This document shows positions 6,841 to 15,907 of a DNA stretch of 62,096 bases, piece by piece. Positions within the stretch are counted from its first letter, which is position 1, and each line of letters starts with the position of its first letter. Where the stretch lies: contig MFVS01000017.1 in the NCBI GenBank assembly GCA_001786195.1, positions 1-62,096 of the forward strand, given 5' to 3'. A model generated the notes under the pieces. The model made no database searches, had not been told where the DNA came from, and worked only from the letters and a program-made list of their open reading frames with translations. The position numbers were made by a program, and so were the translations under genes. Source of the stretch: Candidatus Nomurabacteria bacterium RIFCSPLOWO2_12_FULL_40_42. Its GTDB lineage: Bacteria > Patescibacteriota > Minisyncoccia > Phycocordibacterales > UBA9973.

Positions 6841-9446
6841 TCCAGAAACTCTTTTATCTTTTTTCCATCCCTTTTCAACCACGCAATATTACCCTCGAGG
6901 CGTTCAAGGACTTGCTGAATCGCGCGCTTGGCTCCCGGGGCATCGTGAGTTGCGAAGAATTTTTTAAATGATTTTAAATGTTTCTCTTCGGCGCTGCCGG
7001 AGATGGCTTTGACCAATCTCTGGAGGGTGTGTCCGCCGTCGCCATAGCGGGTGACGAGCGTTTTCCAATTCTTTTTCACAAAATTAAGCCAGATGTCGTG
7101 GCCGAGGGGATTTGTTCCGACTGACGAAATAATGCCGATGGTGTCTTGTTTGCGAACGCTTTCTGAAAAGGCAAATTTGCAGGCGAGTTGTAATATTTTT
7201 GGATCACGGAAATCTCCCAAAGCTCCGCCCATTCTGTTTTTTTCTTCATGCAATGTTTCTTCTCGGTATTTTTTTATGAAAGTTTGATATTCTTTCATAC
7301 CGCCCGAGGATCCCACAGTCGTATATATAGCTCCTCTAATATCTGCATGAATCTTGCCGGTGATAAATTTATTTTTTGCTTGTGTTATGATTTCTTTATG
7401 TCCTGATCTTCCAAGTCTAGAGATGACCAGTGAACGTAGTAATGTATCTGTGTGAAGCTCTTTTTCTTTTTTATTCCAACCAAGTTGCGCGAAAAGGGGT
7501 GAAAATAATTCAAGAATAACTTTATTCAAATTACCTTTATGATTTTCTCGAGCCAAGAGTGTTTCGAGTCGTCCCAAACCAAGCGCAATTTCTAGCCAAA
7601 CAGTATAATTGTCTTCGTTTTTGTAAGCAGATAAAAATTCAAGGGCGTCCGTCGTTGGGATAGTGCCGGCTTCGGCCAGGGCAAAAAGGTCGCGGATGAT
7701 GCCGAGCCGGTCGCGAGCAGATAGTAATTTTTTTTCGACTGGCAGTTTTAATTTTTCCAAAAGTTCGGGAGAATAAGCAGTCCGATAAAATCCCGCTTCG
7801 CCGAAATTTATTTTTAGCCATTCGAAATTCTTTCTCGGTACAAGTTTTTTCCCAACACGCATAAAAATCTGCTGATTTTTTGCTATGCTCGGCTCGTCAG
7901 CCTGCGCAATGTTTCGTAAAAACTGTACCTTCGACGAATTTCGAATAGGTATTTGCCAAACTGTCCTATCTTTAGTTTTTGCTTTTGAAATTGGACTAGC
8001 AAAAAATCTCTCTTGCGATAAATTTAGCTTGTTATTTACCATGCTCGCTTTGACGACCGGATAGCCGCCTTTGCTTATCCAATTATGCATTATTTTGGCA
8101 ACGGGTTTTTTAGAAATTTTTTCAAAAGCCTGCCAGAGATGGACGGTTTCGGTATTTTTATAGCTATGCTTTTTTAGGTAATATCTTAGCCCATCTCGAA
8201 AATCTTTTTCGCCTAAATAGTCTGCCAGCATGCGGATGACGGCGGCGCCTTTGGAATAGGAAACTTCGTCGAATATTTCGCCGATTTCATCCGGATGGTG
8301 CACTGGAATTTCAATCGGATGGGTGTGGAGGAGAGAGTCGAGTCGGAGCGCAGTGCCGAGTTCATTGGTAGAAAATTGCGTCCAAATGTCCCATTTCGGG
8401 AAAAGTTTGTCCACAGCCAGGTATTCAATATATGAAGCAAAACCTTCGTTGAGCCACAGGTGCGTCCACCATTCCATCGTCACCAAGTTGCCGAACCATT
8501 GGTGCGCGATCTCGTGGGCGATGACCAAGACGACCCATTGTTTATTTCCTAGCGACGAGTGATCTTCATCCACCAATAGCGCACTCTCGCGATAAGTAAT
8601 CGCGCCCCAGTTTTCCATCGCACCCGAAGTAAAATCCGGAATGGCGATCATATAGAGAACGGGCAGGGGATAAGCGATGCCGAAATATTTTTCGTAAAAT
8701 TCTAAAGTTTTCACGGCGCAGTCGAGGGCAAACTCCGCTTGGTGTTTTTTTCCGGGAGTAGTGAAGACGCGCACTTGGATATTATTTTTTGTTTTAGATT
8801 CAATATATTCAAAATCACCGATCAGGAAGGCGAGAAGGTAAGTGGACATTTTAGGTGTCGGCGAGAATTTTACAATTTCGTAACCTGCTTCGTGTTCCAA
8901 GACAGAAACCGGCAAAGTGTTGGAAATAGCGGTTTTGCCTTTTGGAATAATTAAAGAAACATTAAAGACGGCTTTGTGCGCTGGTTCGTCAAAGCAGGGG
9001 AAGGCGCGCCTGGCGTCCGTGGCTTCAAACTGGGTCGTAGCCATGTAATACTCTTTTTCTCGGACATTATATTTGCTTCGATAAAATCCGCGCATTTTGT
9101 CGTTTAGGATGCCTTTAAAGACAAGAGTTAATTTTATTTTTCGGTTTTTTTCTGCTGAAATAATTTTCGGAAAAACAAAAGTTGCAGTTTCATTTTTTTT
9201 ATTGTAAGAAATTTTGGCGAAGACTTTACCTTGCCTAAGTCCGACTTCGGCAGTTTCGATTTCCAATTCTTTGGAATGTAGAGTTAATATCTTTGTCGGT
9301 TTCAAAACAGAAAGGTTTATGGTCTCAACGCCTTCAAAAGTAAAATTCTTCAAATCCGGGCGCAATTGAATATCGTACTCGATAGGGATGACATTTTTTA
9401 ACAGCCGGACACTTTGCGGATTTTTTTTGTTATTTTTCTTTTGCAT
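6816..9446 (-). CDS. pepN: aminopeptidase N (M1 family)
   Basis: GAMENWG exopeptidase motif and HEIAHQWFGNLVTMEWWTHLWLNEGFA (HEXXH-18-E). 876 aa. Confidence 0.95.
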   Translation of the reverse strand: MQKKNNKKNPQSVRLLKNVIPIEYDIQLRPDLKNFTFEGVETINLSVLKPTKILTLHSKELEIETAEVGLRQGKVFAKISYNKKNETATFVFPKIISAEKNRKIKLTLVFKGILNDKMRGFYRSKYNVREKEYYMATTQFEATDARRAFPCFDEPAHKAVFNVSLIIPKGKTAISNTLPVSVLEHEAGYEIVKFSPTPKMSTYLLAFLIGDFEYIESKTKNNIQVRVFTTPGKKHQAEFALDCAVKTLEFYEKYFGIAYPLPVLYMIAIPDFTSGAMENWGAITYRESALLVDEDHSSLGNKQWVVLVIAHEIAHQWFGNLVTMEWWTHLWLNEGFASYIEYLAVDKLFPKWDIWTQFSTNELGTALRLDSLLHTHPIEIPVHHPDEIGEIFDEVSYSKGAAVIRMLADYLGEKDFRDGLRYYLKKHSYKNTETVHLWQAFEKISKKPVAKIMHNWISKGGYPVVKASMVNNKLNLSQERFFASPISKAKTKDRTVWQIPIRNSSKVQFLRNIAQADEPSIAKNQQIFMRVGKKLVPRKNFEWLKINFGEAGFYRTAYSPELLEKLKLPVEKKLLSARDRLGIIRDLFALAEAGTIPTTDALEFLSAYKNEDNYTVWLEIALGLGRLETLLARENHKGNLNKVILELFSPLFAQLGWNKKEKELHTDTLLRSLVISRLGRSGHKEIITQAKNKFITGKIHADIRGAIYTTVGSSGGMKEYQTFIKKYREETLHEEKNRMGGALGDFRDPKILQLACKFAFSESVRKQDTIGIISSVGTNPLGHDIWLNFVKKNWKTLVTRYGDGGHTLQRLVKAISGSAEEKHLKSFKKFFATHDAPGAKRAIQQVLERLEGNIAWLKRDGKKIKEFLENNAAPGR

Positions 9447-9468
9447 AAAGAAATGTTAGCATATAAGG

Positions 9469-10206
9469 ATGGAAAGCGAAAATCAGCAGAGTTATACTAT
9501 AAAAACAGTCGGTTTTGAAGGTCCGTTTAGGTTACTTTTAGAATTGATAGAAAAACGCAAACTTTTTATCAATGATGTAACGCTTGCGACCGTGACGGAG
9601 GACTACCTCCAGTATATGAATAAATTGGGCGGCTCTGGTTCGATTGCACCGGCGGAAATTGCTAGTTTCGTGGTAGTGGCTTCAACTCTGATTTTAATCA
9701 AATCGAAATCACTTCTGCCAAATCTGGACCTGACCAGAGAAGAAGAAGGGGATATAAAAAGTCTGGAAGAACGGTTGCGACTTTATGAACTTTTTACAAA
9801 ATTGGGAAGCAATATAAAAAATATGTTCGGGGAAAAAATAGTTTTTGCGCCGCTCGAGCGAAAGAGCAATGTCCTGGTATTTTTGCCAGATGAGCAAATT
9901 ACCAAAAGTAGCATGATGGGTTTCGCTCGCGAAGTGTTGGACGCGATGCCTAAGAAAATATTTCTGCCTGAAGTGGAAGTACAAAAAGTTATCAGCATCG
10001 AAGAAATGATAGACCGACTTACTGAACGAATAAAAAGTTCAATTAAAATGAGCTTCAAAGATTTGCATGGGAAAATAGTTACTCGCGAAGAGAAAGTAAC
10101 CGCGATCGTAGGATTTTTGGCATTACTAGAACTTGTCCGACAGGGGATTGTGGATGCTGCGCAAGAGATTGATAAAGGGGATATTATTATTAGTAAAGAG
10201 ATATGA
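9469..10206 (+). CDS. scpA: segregation and condensation protein A
   Basis: 245 aa. FEGPFRLLLELIEKRKLFINDVTLATVTEDYL is typical of ScpA. Followed by an overlapping scpB. Confidence 0.9.
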   Translation: MESENQQSYTIKTVGFEGPFRLLLELIEKRKLFINDVTLATVTEDYLQYMNKLGGSGSIAPAEIASFVVVASTLILIKSKSLLPNLDLTREEEGDIKSLEERLRLYELFTKLGSNIKNMFGEKIVFAPLERKSNVLVFLPDEQITKSSMMGFAREVLDAMPKKIFLPEVEVQKVISIEEMIDRLTERIKSSIKMSFKDLHGKIVTREEKVTAIVGFLALLELVRQGIVDAAQEIDKGDIIISKEI

Positions 10207-10748
10207 ATTTAGAATCAAAAATCGAAGCTATCTTGTTTTGGAAAGGGGAGCCGATGTCTCGCAAGCGCCTGGCGGAAGTCTTAAAAGTGGGCGAGGCGGA
10301 AATAAACGAAGCCGTAGAAAAATTAAAAGAAAATTTAAAAGAGAGAGGAATTGTATTGCTGGAAAAAGAAAAGGAAGTTATGCTTGGCACAGCACCGGAG
10401 TTGTCTGATCTGATTGAAAATTTACAAAAAGAAGAGTTGAATAAAGATCTTTCCAAGGCGAGTCTGGAGACGCTCTCGATCGTGCTGTATAAAAATGGAG
10501 TGAGCCGGGCGGAGATTGATTATATAAGGGGAGTGAATTCGAGTTTTACTTTGCGAGCGCTGTCTATCCGAGGGCTAGTAGAAAAAATCACCGACCCCAA
10601 AGACGCTCGGCGCTACATTTATCGCCCGAGTTTTGAACTTCTCTCCTATATGGGCATCAAATCTATAGAAGAATTGCCAGACTTTGTCGAAGTTAGTAAC
10701 TCTATTAATATTGCCGCGAAAAGTTTAGAGGAAAAGACCTCTCCCTAG
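10203..10748 (+). CDS. scpB: segregation and condensation protein B
   Basis: 181 aa. IEAILFWKGEPMSRKRLAEVL and a tandem wHTH pattern. The stop codon lies inside repeat element A1. Confidence 0.9.
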   Translation: MNLESKIEAILFWKGEPMSRKRLAEVLKVGEAEINEAVEKLKENLKERGIVLLEKEKEVMLGTAPELSDLIENLQKEELNKDLSKASLETLSIVLYKNGVSRAEIDYIRGVNSSFTLRALSIRGLVEKITDPKDARRYIYRPSFELLSYMGIKSIEELPDFVEVSNSINIAAKSLEEKTSP

Positions 10749-10793
10749 CCCTCTCTTTGCCAAGGAGAGGGGAAAGAAAGGGGTGAGGTGAAT
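10736..10793 (+). repeat. GC-rich palindromic element, family A, copy A1 (short form)
   Basis: GACCTCTCCCTAGCCCTCTC..GAGAGGGG..GGGGTGAGGTGAA. Hairpin CCCTCTC (10749-55) / GAGAGGG (10765-71). The 5' end aligns with A2 and A3. Confidence 0.7.
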
Positions 10794-10824
10794 TTATGAA
10801 TCAAGAAACTAAAAATTGTCAAAA

Positions 10825-10860
10825 CCCCGAACGAAAGCAAAGCTTCGTACGGGGCAGGCT
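10825..10860 (+). repeat. mini-hairpin element, family C, copy C1
   Basis: CCCCGAACGAAAGC-AAA-GCTTCGTACGGGGCAGGC. Near-identical to the reverse complement of 46423-46459. Confidence 0.75.
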
Positions 10861-10870
10861 GTAAAAAGTT

Positions 10871-12013
10871 ATGGAGTATAAATCACAAAATGTGGTGTGT
10901 CAGAACTGTAAAGGCAATTTTATTGTAGAGCCGGAAGATTTTAATTTTTATGAAAAAATCAAAGTGCCGCCGCCGACATGGTGCCCCGCATGTAGAATGG
11001 TACGCAGAATGAATTGGCAGGGATATAGAATTCTTTACAAAAGAAAATGTGATTTTACTGGAGAGATGATATTTAGTGCTTATCATGCTGATTCCCCGTA
11101 TAAAGTTTATCGTCAAGACATCTGGTGGGGAGACAAATGGGATCCAAAAAGTTATGGCAAAGAAATTGATTGGAATAGACCATTTCTTGAACAATTTAAA
11201 GAGCTTATGTTGGAAGTGCCACATGCTTCCTTGGCTACTGAGCATTCAAGAATGGTTCGCAGCGATTATTGCAACGCAGCTTCAGAGTGTAAAGATTGTT
11301 ATCTCTGTTTTCGCATCACCGGTGGTGAAGATTGTGCATATTTGAATACTGTTGTTGATGGCAAACAGTCATTTGATTGTTCTTTTTTAAACCACTCGGA
11401 ACTTTGTTTTGGATCTACTAATATAAATAAATGCTACCAAGTATTTTTTTCACAAAATTGCGCAGAGTGCCATTCTGTTTGGTTTTCACGTGATCTAGTC
11501 GGCTGTTCGGATTGTGTCGGCTGTATCAATCTCCACATGAAGCAATATTGTATATTTAATCAGCAATATAGTAGGGAAGAGTATCAGAAAAAGTTGAAAG
11601 AGTTTGATTTTGGAACAAAAGAAAATATAAGGAATTTCGAAATGCAGACGGAGAAATTCATGAAGACACAGCCGAGAAGGCAATTTCATGGTGTGAAAAA
11701 TACAAATGTTTCTGGAGAATATATTTTCAACTCAAAAAATGTGCATGATTCATATATGCTTAGCAATGGTCTTGATTTGCGATACTGTCAATGTTTGAAA
11801 GTTGGACCAGCTTCTTCATCATACGACTGGTCGTTGTTTGGCGATAATTCGGAGTTGATGTATGAATGTTGTTGGTGTGGTCTTGATTCTAATGATGTGA
11901 AATTTAGCGCGTGGAATTATACAAACCACAATACTGAATATTGTTTTGGTGTTCACCACAGCGAAAATATGTTTGGTTGCGTAAATATTCCAAAAGGGGA
12001 GTATTGCATTTAA
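10871..12013 (+). CDS. Cys-rich zinc-ribbon protein, N-terminal 2/3 of a split paralogue of 47017-48678
   Basis: Collinear with residues 1-~385 of the 553-aa paralogue (CxxC..FYEK..P.P..CPxCR, WW.D.WD, CxxC repeats). Ends at TAA where the paralogue has Leu (CI*NKQY vs CILNKQY). Confidence 0.65.
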   Translation: MEYKSQNVVCQNCKGNFIVEPEDFNFYEKIKVPPPTWCPACRMVRRMNWQGYRILYKRKCDFTGEMIFSAYHADSPYKVYRQDIWWGDKWDPKSYGKEIDWNRPFLEQFKELMLEVPHASLATEHSRMVRSDYCNAASECKDCYLCFRITGGEDCAYLNTVVDGKQSFDCSFLNHSELCFGSTNINKCYQVFFSQNCAECHSVWFSRDLVGCSDCVGCINLHMKQYCIFNQQYSREEYQKKLKEFDFGTKENIRNFEMQTEKFMKTQPRRQFHGVKNTNVSGEYIFNSKNVHDSYMLSNGLDLRYCQCLKVGPASSSYDWSLFGDNSELMYECCWCGLDSNDVKFSAWNYTNHNTEYCFGVHHSENMFGCVNIPKGEYCI

Positions 12014-12071
12014 AATAAACAGTACTCGAAAGAGGAATATAAAAAAATTAATCCCGAAAATCAAAAAACAT

Positions 12072-12569
12072 ATGACAGATGTTCCATATGAAGATAAACT
12101 TGGTAGAGTTTATGAATATGGAGAGATGTTGCCGGCAGAGATGTCTCCATGGGCGTACAATGAATCAACAGCATATGAATGGATTCCGGTAACGAAGGAT
12201 GAAGCAATTAAAAAGGGTTTAAATTGGCGTGATCCGGATTTGCGTAAATACAAAGATGCGACCATGGAAGTTCCAAAACATATCAAAGACGTGAAAGATG
12301 ATATTTTAAAGGCTATTTTGAAATGCATAAATTGCGGAAAAAATTATCAAATTATCCAAAAAGAATTAACTTTTTTACGTCGCTTTAATTTACCAATTCC
12401 AGATCATTGTCCGCTATGCCGAGACAGAGCTCGTATAAAGCAACTGAATCCGATGATGATTTACAATAGATCATGTGTGAAATGTGGTAAAGATATAGAA
12501 ACGTCGTATGCCTCAAATCGCCCGGAGATAGTTTATTGCGAAAAATGTTATCAGCAGGAAGTATATTGA
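12072..12569 (+). CDS. Cys-rich zinc-ribbon protein, C-terminal 1/3 of the split paralogue
   Basis: +1 frame relative to 10871-12013. GEMLPAEMSPWAYNES aligns to GNFFPKELSPFGYNEA. Same terminal CxxC..CPLCR..CxxC..CEKCYQQ pattern. Confidence 0.65.
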   Translation: MTDVPYEDKLGRVYEYGEMLPAEMSPWAYNESTAYEWIPVTKDEAIKKGLNWRDPDLRKYKDATMEVPKHIKDVKDDILKAILKCINCGKNYQIIQKELTFLRRFNLPIPDHCPLCRDRARIKQLNPMMIYNRSCVKCGKDIETSYASNRPEIVYCEKCYQQEVY

Positions 12570-12570
12570 G

Positions 12571-12606
12571 ATAGCGTAATAGAAGCGGCCGCGTCCATTA
12601 TGCTAT
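12571..12606. repeat. palindrome family E, degenerate copy
   Basis: ATAGCGTAATAGAAGCGG|CCGCGTCCATTATGCTAT, between convergent genes ending at 12569 (+) and 12630 (-). Confidence 0.6.
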
Positions 12607-12629
12607 ATTGACGTACACAAGATTCGAGA

Positions 12630-13472
12630 TTAAAGGCAGTCCGGATTAATGCCCAGTACGTAATTATTAATTAAATTTAATTGCGAGGAATATTCATCTC
12701 CCAAAAATCCTTTGATGTCTTCATCTTTGATTAGTCTTTTATATTCCTCCGTGAAATTTTGGGAAAGCGGAAGGTAAGACCAGTGCCATTTTTCTTCGTT
12801 GTAGCCAGTTGGTCTTTCTTGGCCTTTTATGGTGTAAGTTTGACAGAAACCAAAACTTGGCGCATTGGTTACGAGCCATTCATATACTTTTTTTCCGTTC
12901 GTAGTTTCAAAATAAGCAGAATTTGCGTTATTTATATCTATATCAGTGCCCCAGTGATGCCTGGATATGCCAGGGGCAGCGCTATATTCTAATATTTTTT
13001 TAAATCTCTCTTGTCCATCTGGAATGCTTTTCGATAAATCTTTTCCTTCCACAATTGTGAATCCTGTCCATTTTTTCTCCCATAGGTCTTTTTGATAATC
13101 AAAATTTCTGGTCGCGGAAGCTATCTGTAAATCAATTTTATCCCCATTAGCTGCTTCTGCCATTTTTAGAAAAGCACTCAAGGTTTCTTGTCTTAAATAC
13201 ATTTTGTTTTGATTCATTTGTTCGATTAGATATTGAGGTGGTATCAGAACAAAATCTTTTCTTTGCGCCGGATCAAATTTACCAGTTAGATAAATTTTTT
13301 GTTTAGCTTCTGCTTTTAGACGCTGTTCCAGTAAAAATTTCTGATACTTCGCTTCGTTTTCTTTTTCTTGCCGCAAGTCCAAAAAAGATGAAGTGAAATA
13401 GGGCATAAAAACAATAAACACGAGAGAGAATAAGGCAAGGCACAATATAATTGTGGAAATATGTTTATTCAT
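12630..13472 (-). CDS. M15-family (VanY/LdcB-like) D-Ala-D-Ala/LD-carboxypeptidase, membrane anchored
   Basis: N-terminal TM helix. SRHHWGTDIDI and EEKWHWSY are metal-ligand motifs of LAS/M15 peptidases. Confidence 0.75.
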   Translation of the reverse strand: MNKHISTIILCLALFSLVFIVFMPYFTSSFLDLRQEKENEAKYQKFLLEQRLKAEAKQKIYLTGKFDPAQRKDFVLIPPQYLIEQMNQNKMYLRQETLSAFLKMAEAANGDKIDLQIASATRNFDYQKDLWEKKWTGFTIVEGKDLSKSIPDGQERFKKILEYSAAPGISRHHWGTDIDINNANSAYFETTNGKKVYEWLVTNAPSFGFCQTYTIKGQERPTGYNEEKWHWSYLPLSQNFTEEYKRLIKDEDIKGFLGDEYSSQLNLINNYVLGINPDCL

Positions 13473-13549
13473 CCCGTACGAAATTATTTAAAATTAATAA
13501 ATTGATTTATCCATATACGAGACTTTCTTAGAAGGATTTCGTACGGGAT
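13471..13549. repeat. inverted-repeat element, family D, copy D1
   Basis: 14-bp perfect TIR ATCCCGTACGAAAT (13471-84) / ATTTCGTACGGGAT (13536-49). The left end supplies the AT of the M15 peptidase ATG (13472-13470). Confidence 0.75.
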
Positions 13550-13592
13550 TCACTCGAAAACAATAACATATTGGTGTATTTTAATCAAAAAA

Positions 13593-13601
13593 TGATATAA
13601 T
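13593..13601 (+). promoter_or_regulatory. extended -10 box TGaTATAAT, 8 nt before the mraY ATG
   Basis: Read by eye. No SD in the 8-nt gap. Confidence 0.4.
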
Positions 13602-13609
13602 AACGTGTT

Positions 13610-14665
13610 ATGTATTTTAACTTAGTTAAAATTTTTATGCCGACGGCTGTAGCCTTCTTTTTAGGACTTTTTTTTACGCCATTTGCCACTCATTTTTTTT
13701 ATAAATATAAAATGTGGAAAAAATATTCGCGAAGTATCGGGGCTACTAATTCTGACTTTCAAAAAATAAATAATGAAAAAGAAGAATTGAAAACTCCGCG
13801 AGTGGGGGGAATAATCATCTGGATTTCTGTTTTAACAACCGTTCTTATTTTTTATTTAGTGTCTATTTTTTTTCCGGGGGCGAACAGTACTGAATTGAAT
13901 TTCTTGAGCCGCAATCAAACTTTGATACCTCTTTTCACCCTTTTGATCGGGTCGCTCATCGGACTGTGGGATGATTTTATTCAAATTTACGGCACTGGCA
14001 AATTTGCCCGCGATGATAAGTCTTGGCGCAAATGGAAAATTTTCATTATCGCTTTTATGTCTCTTTTTATCGGTCTTTGGTTTTTTTATAAACTAGGTTT
14101 GACCTCGATCCATATTCCTTTTGGAGGAGATATTAATTTAGATATTTTGATCATTCCATTTTTTATTATAGTCGCGCTAGCCACTTTCTCTGGCGGGGTG
14201 ATTGACGGCATCGACGGACTCTCTGGAGGAGTCTTGGCCTCTATTTTTGGCGCGTATTCGGCAATAGCCTATGTCAACCATCAGATGGACATCGCCGCTT
14301 TTGCGGGAGTTATCACTGGAGCAATTTTGGCTTTTTTGTGGTTTAATATTCCGCCAGCTAGATTTTACATGGGGGAGACGGGAATCATGGGGCTTACTCT
14401 CACTTTGGCGACTTTGGCATTTTTAACTGACTCGGTTTTAATCCTACCGGTTGTCGCTCTGCCGCTTGTTCTTACTTCTCTTTCGGTTATTTTGCAAATA
14501 GCTTCCAAAAAGTTAAGAGGCGGCAAAAGATTATTCCGACTGGCTCCACTACATCATCATTTTGAAGCGATCGGCTGGTCTCCCTACAAAGTGACGATGC
14601 GCTTTTGGATTTTTTCTACCCTCTTTGCCATTATCGGTATAATTTTAGCGGTTATCAGCAGATAA
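13610..14665 (+). CDS. mraY: phospho-N-acetylmuramoyl-pentapeptide transferase
   Basis: 351 aa polytopic. GLWDDFIQI, GVIDGIDGLSGG, APLHHHFE motifs. Confidence 0.95.
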   Translation: MYFNLVKIFMPTAVAFFLGLFFTPFATHFFYKYKMWKKYSRSIGATNSDFQKINNEKEELKTPRVGGIIIWISVLTTVLIFYLVSIFFPGANSTELNFLSRNQTLIPLFTLLIGSLIGLWDDFIQIYGTGKFARDDKSWRKWKIFIIAFMSLFIGLWFFYKLGLTSIHIPFGGDINLDILIIPFFIIVALATFSGGVIDGIDGLSGGVLASIFGAYSAIAYVNHQMDIAAFAGVITGAILAFLWFNIPPARFYMGETGIMGLTLTLATLAFLTDSVLILPVVALPLVLTSLSVILQIASKKLRGGKRLFRLAPLHHHFEAIGWSPYKVTMRFWIFSTLFAIIGIILAVISR

Positions 14666-14680
14666 CACCAAAATAATATA

Positions 14681-15787
14681 ATGACAACCAGAGAAAATAA
14701 AATTGACAGATTTTTTTTGATAATCGTTGGCCTATTGCTTTCTCTCGGAGTGTTGATATTTATCTCGGCCTCTTTGGGAGTTTTGGCTAAAAATGAAAAA
14801 CTTTTTTACTCCGTGCTCTTCAGCCAGCTGGTTCTCGGATTAGGTTTAGGATTGGTCGGCATGTATCTTTGTTTAAAAATTCCTTACAAATTCTGGCGCA
14901 AATATTCCTTATTTATTTTTTTAGCTTCCATCCTTATAACCGCTGCGGTTTTTATCCCGCACTTGGGTTTTCGCCATGGAGGAGCGCAGAGATGGATAGA
15001 GATAGGCGGTTTTTCTTTTCAGCCGGTGGAGTTTTTAAAATTTGGATTTGTTATTTATTTTGCATCCTGGTTATCATGGGCAAAAAATAGGGTGCAGGAT
15101 TTTAAATTTGGAATCTTTCCGTTTGGCATAATGCTGGCGATTATCGCTCTTATATTATTTAAACAGCCCGACATTAAAAGCTTTATTTTAATTGCGACAA
15201 CCGGCATCGGTATGTTATTTATTTCTGGAGTTCCTTTTAAATACATTTTGGGTGTTGGGTTGGGGGCGGTATTTCTTTTAGGAGCTCTAATTTTCTTTAC
15301 GCCATATCTGCAAGAGCGGGTAAAAACTTTTATTGACCCGTCGGCTGATCCGCGCGGGTCTTCATATCAAATTCAGCAGTCGCTTATTGCTCTCGGAAGC
15401 GGAAAAATATTCGGGCGCGGATTCGGGCAAAGCATCCAAAAATTCAGTTATCTGCCGGAACCGCAGGGGGATTCCATTTTTGCCGTTTTGGGAGAAGAAT
15501 TTGGTTTTGTCGGAGCGTTTGGAACGATATTTCTTTATTTGCTTTTTGCTTTGCGAGGGTTTCGGATTGCCAATAATTCTCCGGATGCCTTTAGTAGACT
15601 TTTAGTTTCGGGAATTGTTATACTGATTATCGCGCAGTCCTTTATGCACATTGCGTCGATCACCGGAGTTTTCCCTTTGACCGGAGTACCGCTGCCATTT
15701 ATGAGCCTCGGAGGCACTTCACTCATGGTGTATCTTACAGCGATCGGCATGGTGCTCCATATATCGAAATTTTCTATAAGGAAATGA
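14681..15787 (+). CDS. ftsW: SEDS protein FtsW/RodA (position implies FtsW)
   Basis: QPVEFLKF, GSGKIFGRGFGQS, PEPQGDSIFAVLGEEFGF, PLPFMSLGGTS. Lies between mraY and murG. Confidence 0.9.
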   Translation: MTTRENKIDRFFLIIVGLLLSLGVLIFISASLGVLAKNEKLFYSVLFSQLVLGLGLGLVGMYLCLKIPYKFWRKYSLFIFLASILITAAVFIPHLGFRHGGAQRWIEIGGFSFQPVEFLKFGFVIYFASWLSWAKNRVQDFKFGIFPFGIMLAIIALILFKQPDIKSFILIATTGIGMLFISGVPFKYILGVGLGAVFLLGALIFFTPYLQERVKTFIDPSADPRGSSYQIQQSLIALGSGKIFGRGFGQSIQKFSYLPEPQGDSIFAVLGEEFGFVGAFGTIFLYLLFALRGFRIANNSPDAFSRLLVSGIVILIIAQSFMHIASITGVFPLTGVPLPFMSLGGTSLMVYLTAIGMVLHISKFSIRK

Positions 15788-15907
15788 ATCCCGAACGAAA
15801 TCGCGGACGCATAGAAAATAAAAAAAATTATGAAATTGATTAAATATATTATAAATAATAAAAAGGACGAACAAGCGTAAGCGTACGCGTCCTATTTCGT
15901 ACGGGAT
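15788..15907. repeat. inverted-repeat element, family D, copy D3
   Basis: ATCCCGAACGAAAT (15788-801) / ATTTCGTACGGGAT (15894-907), plus inner GGACGC/GCGTCC. Begins right after the ftsW TGA. The right end supplies the AT of the murG ATG (15906). Confidence 0.7.

Noticed and set aside
12011-12013. Could the in-frame TAA in the Cys-rich gene be read through or recoded (alternative genetic code)?
   Set aside because: TAA, TAG and TGA all terminate many well-supported genes in this window at the expected C-termini, and a frame change follows within ~60 nt. A split gene or pseudogene is more likely.
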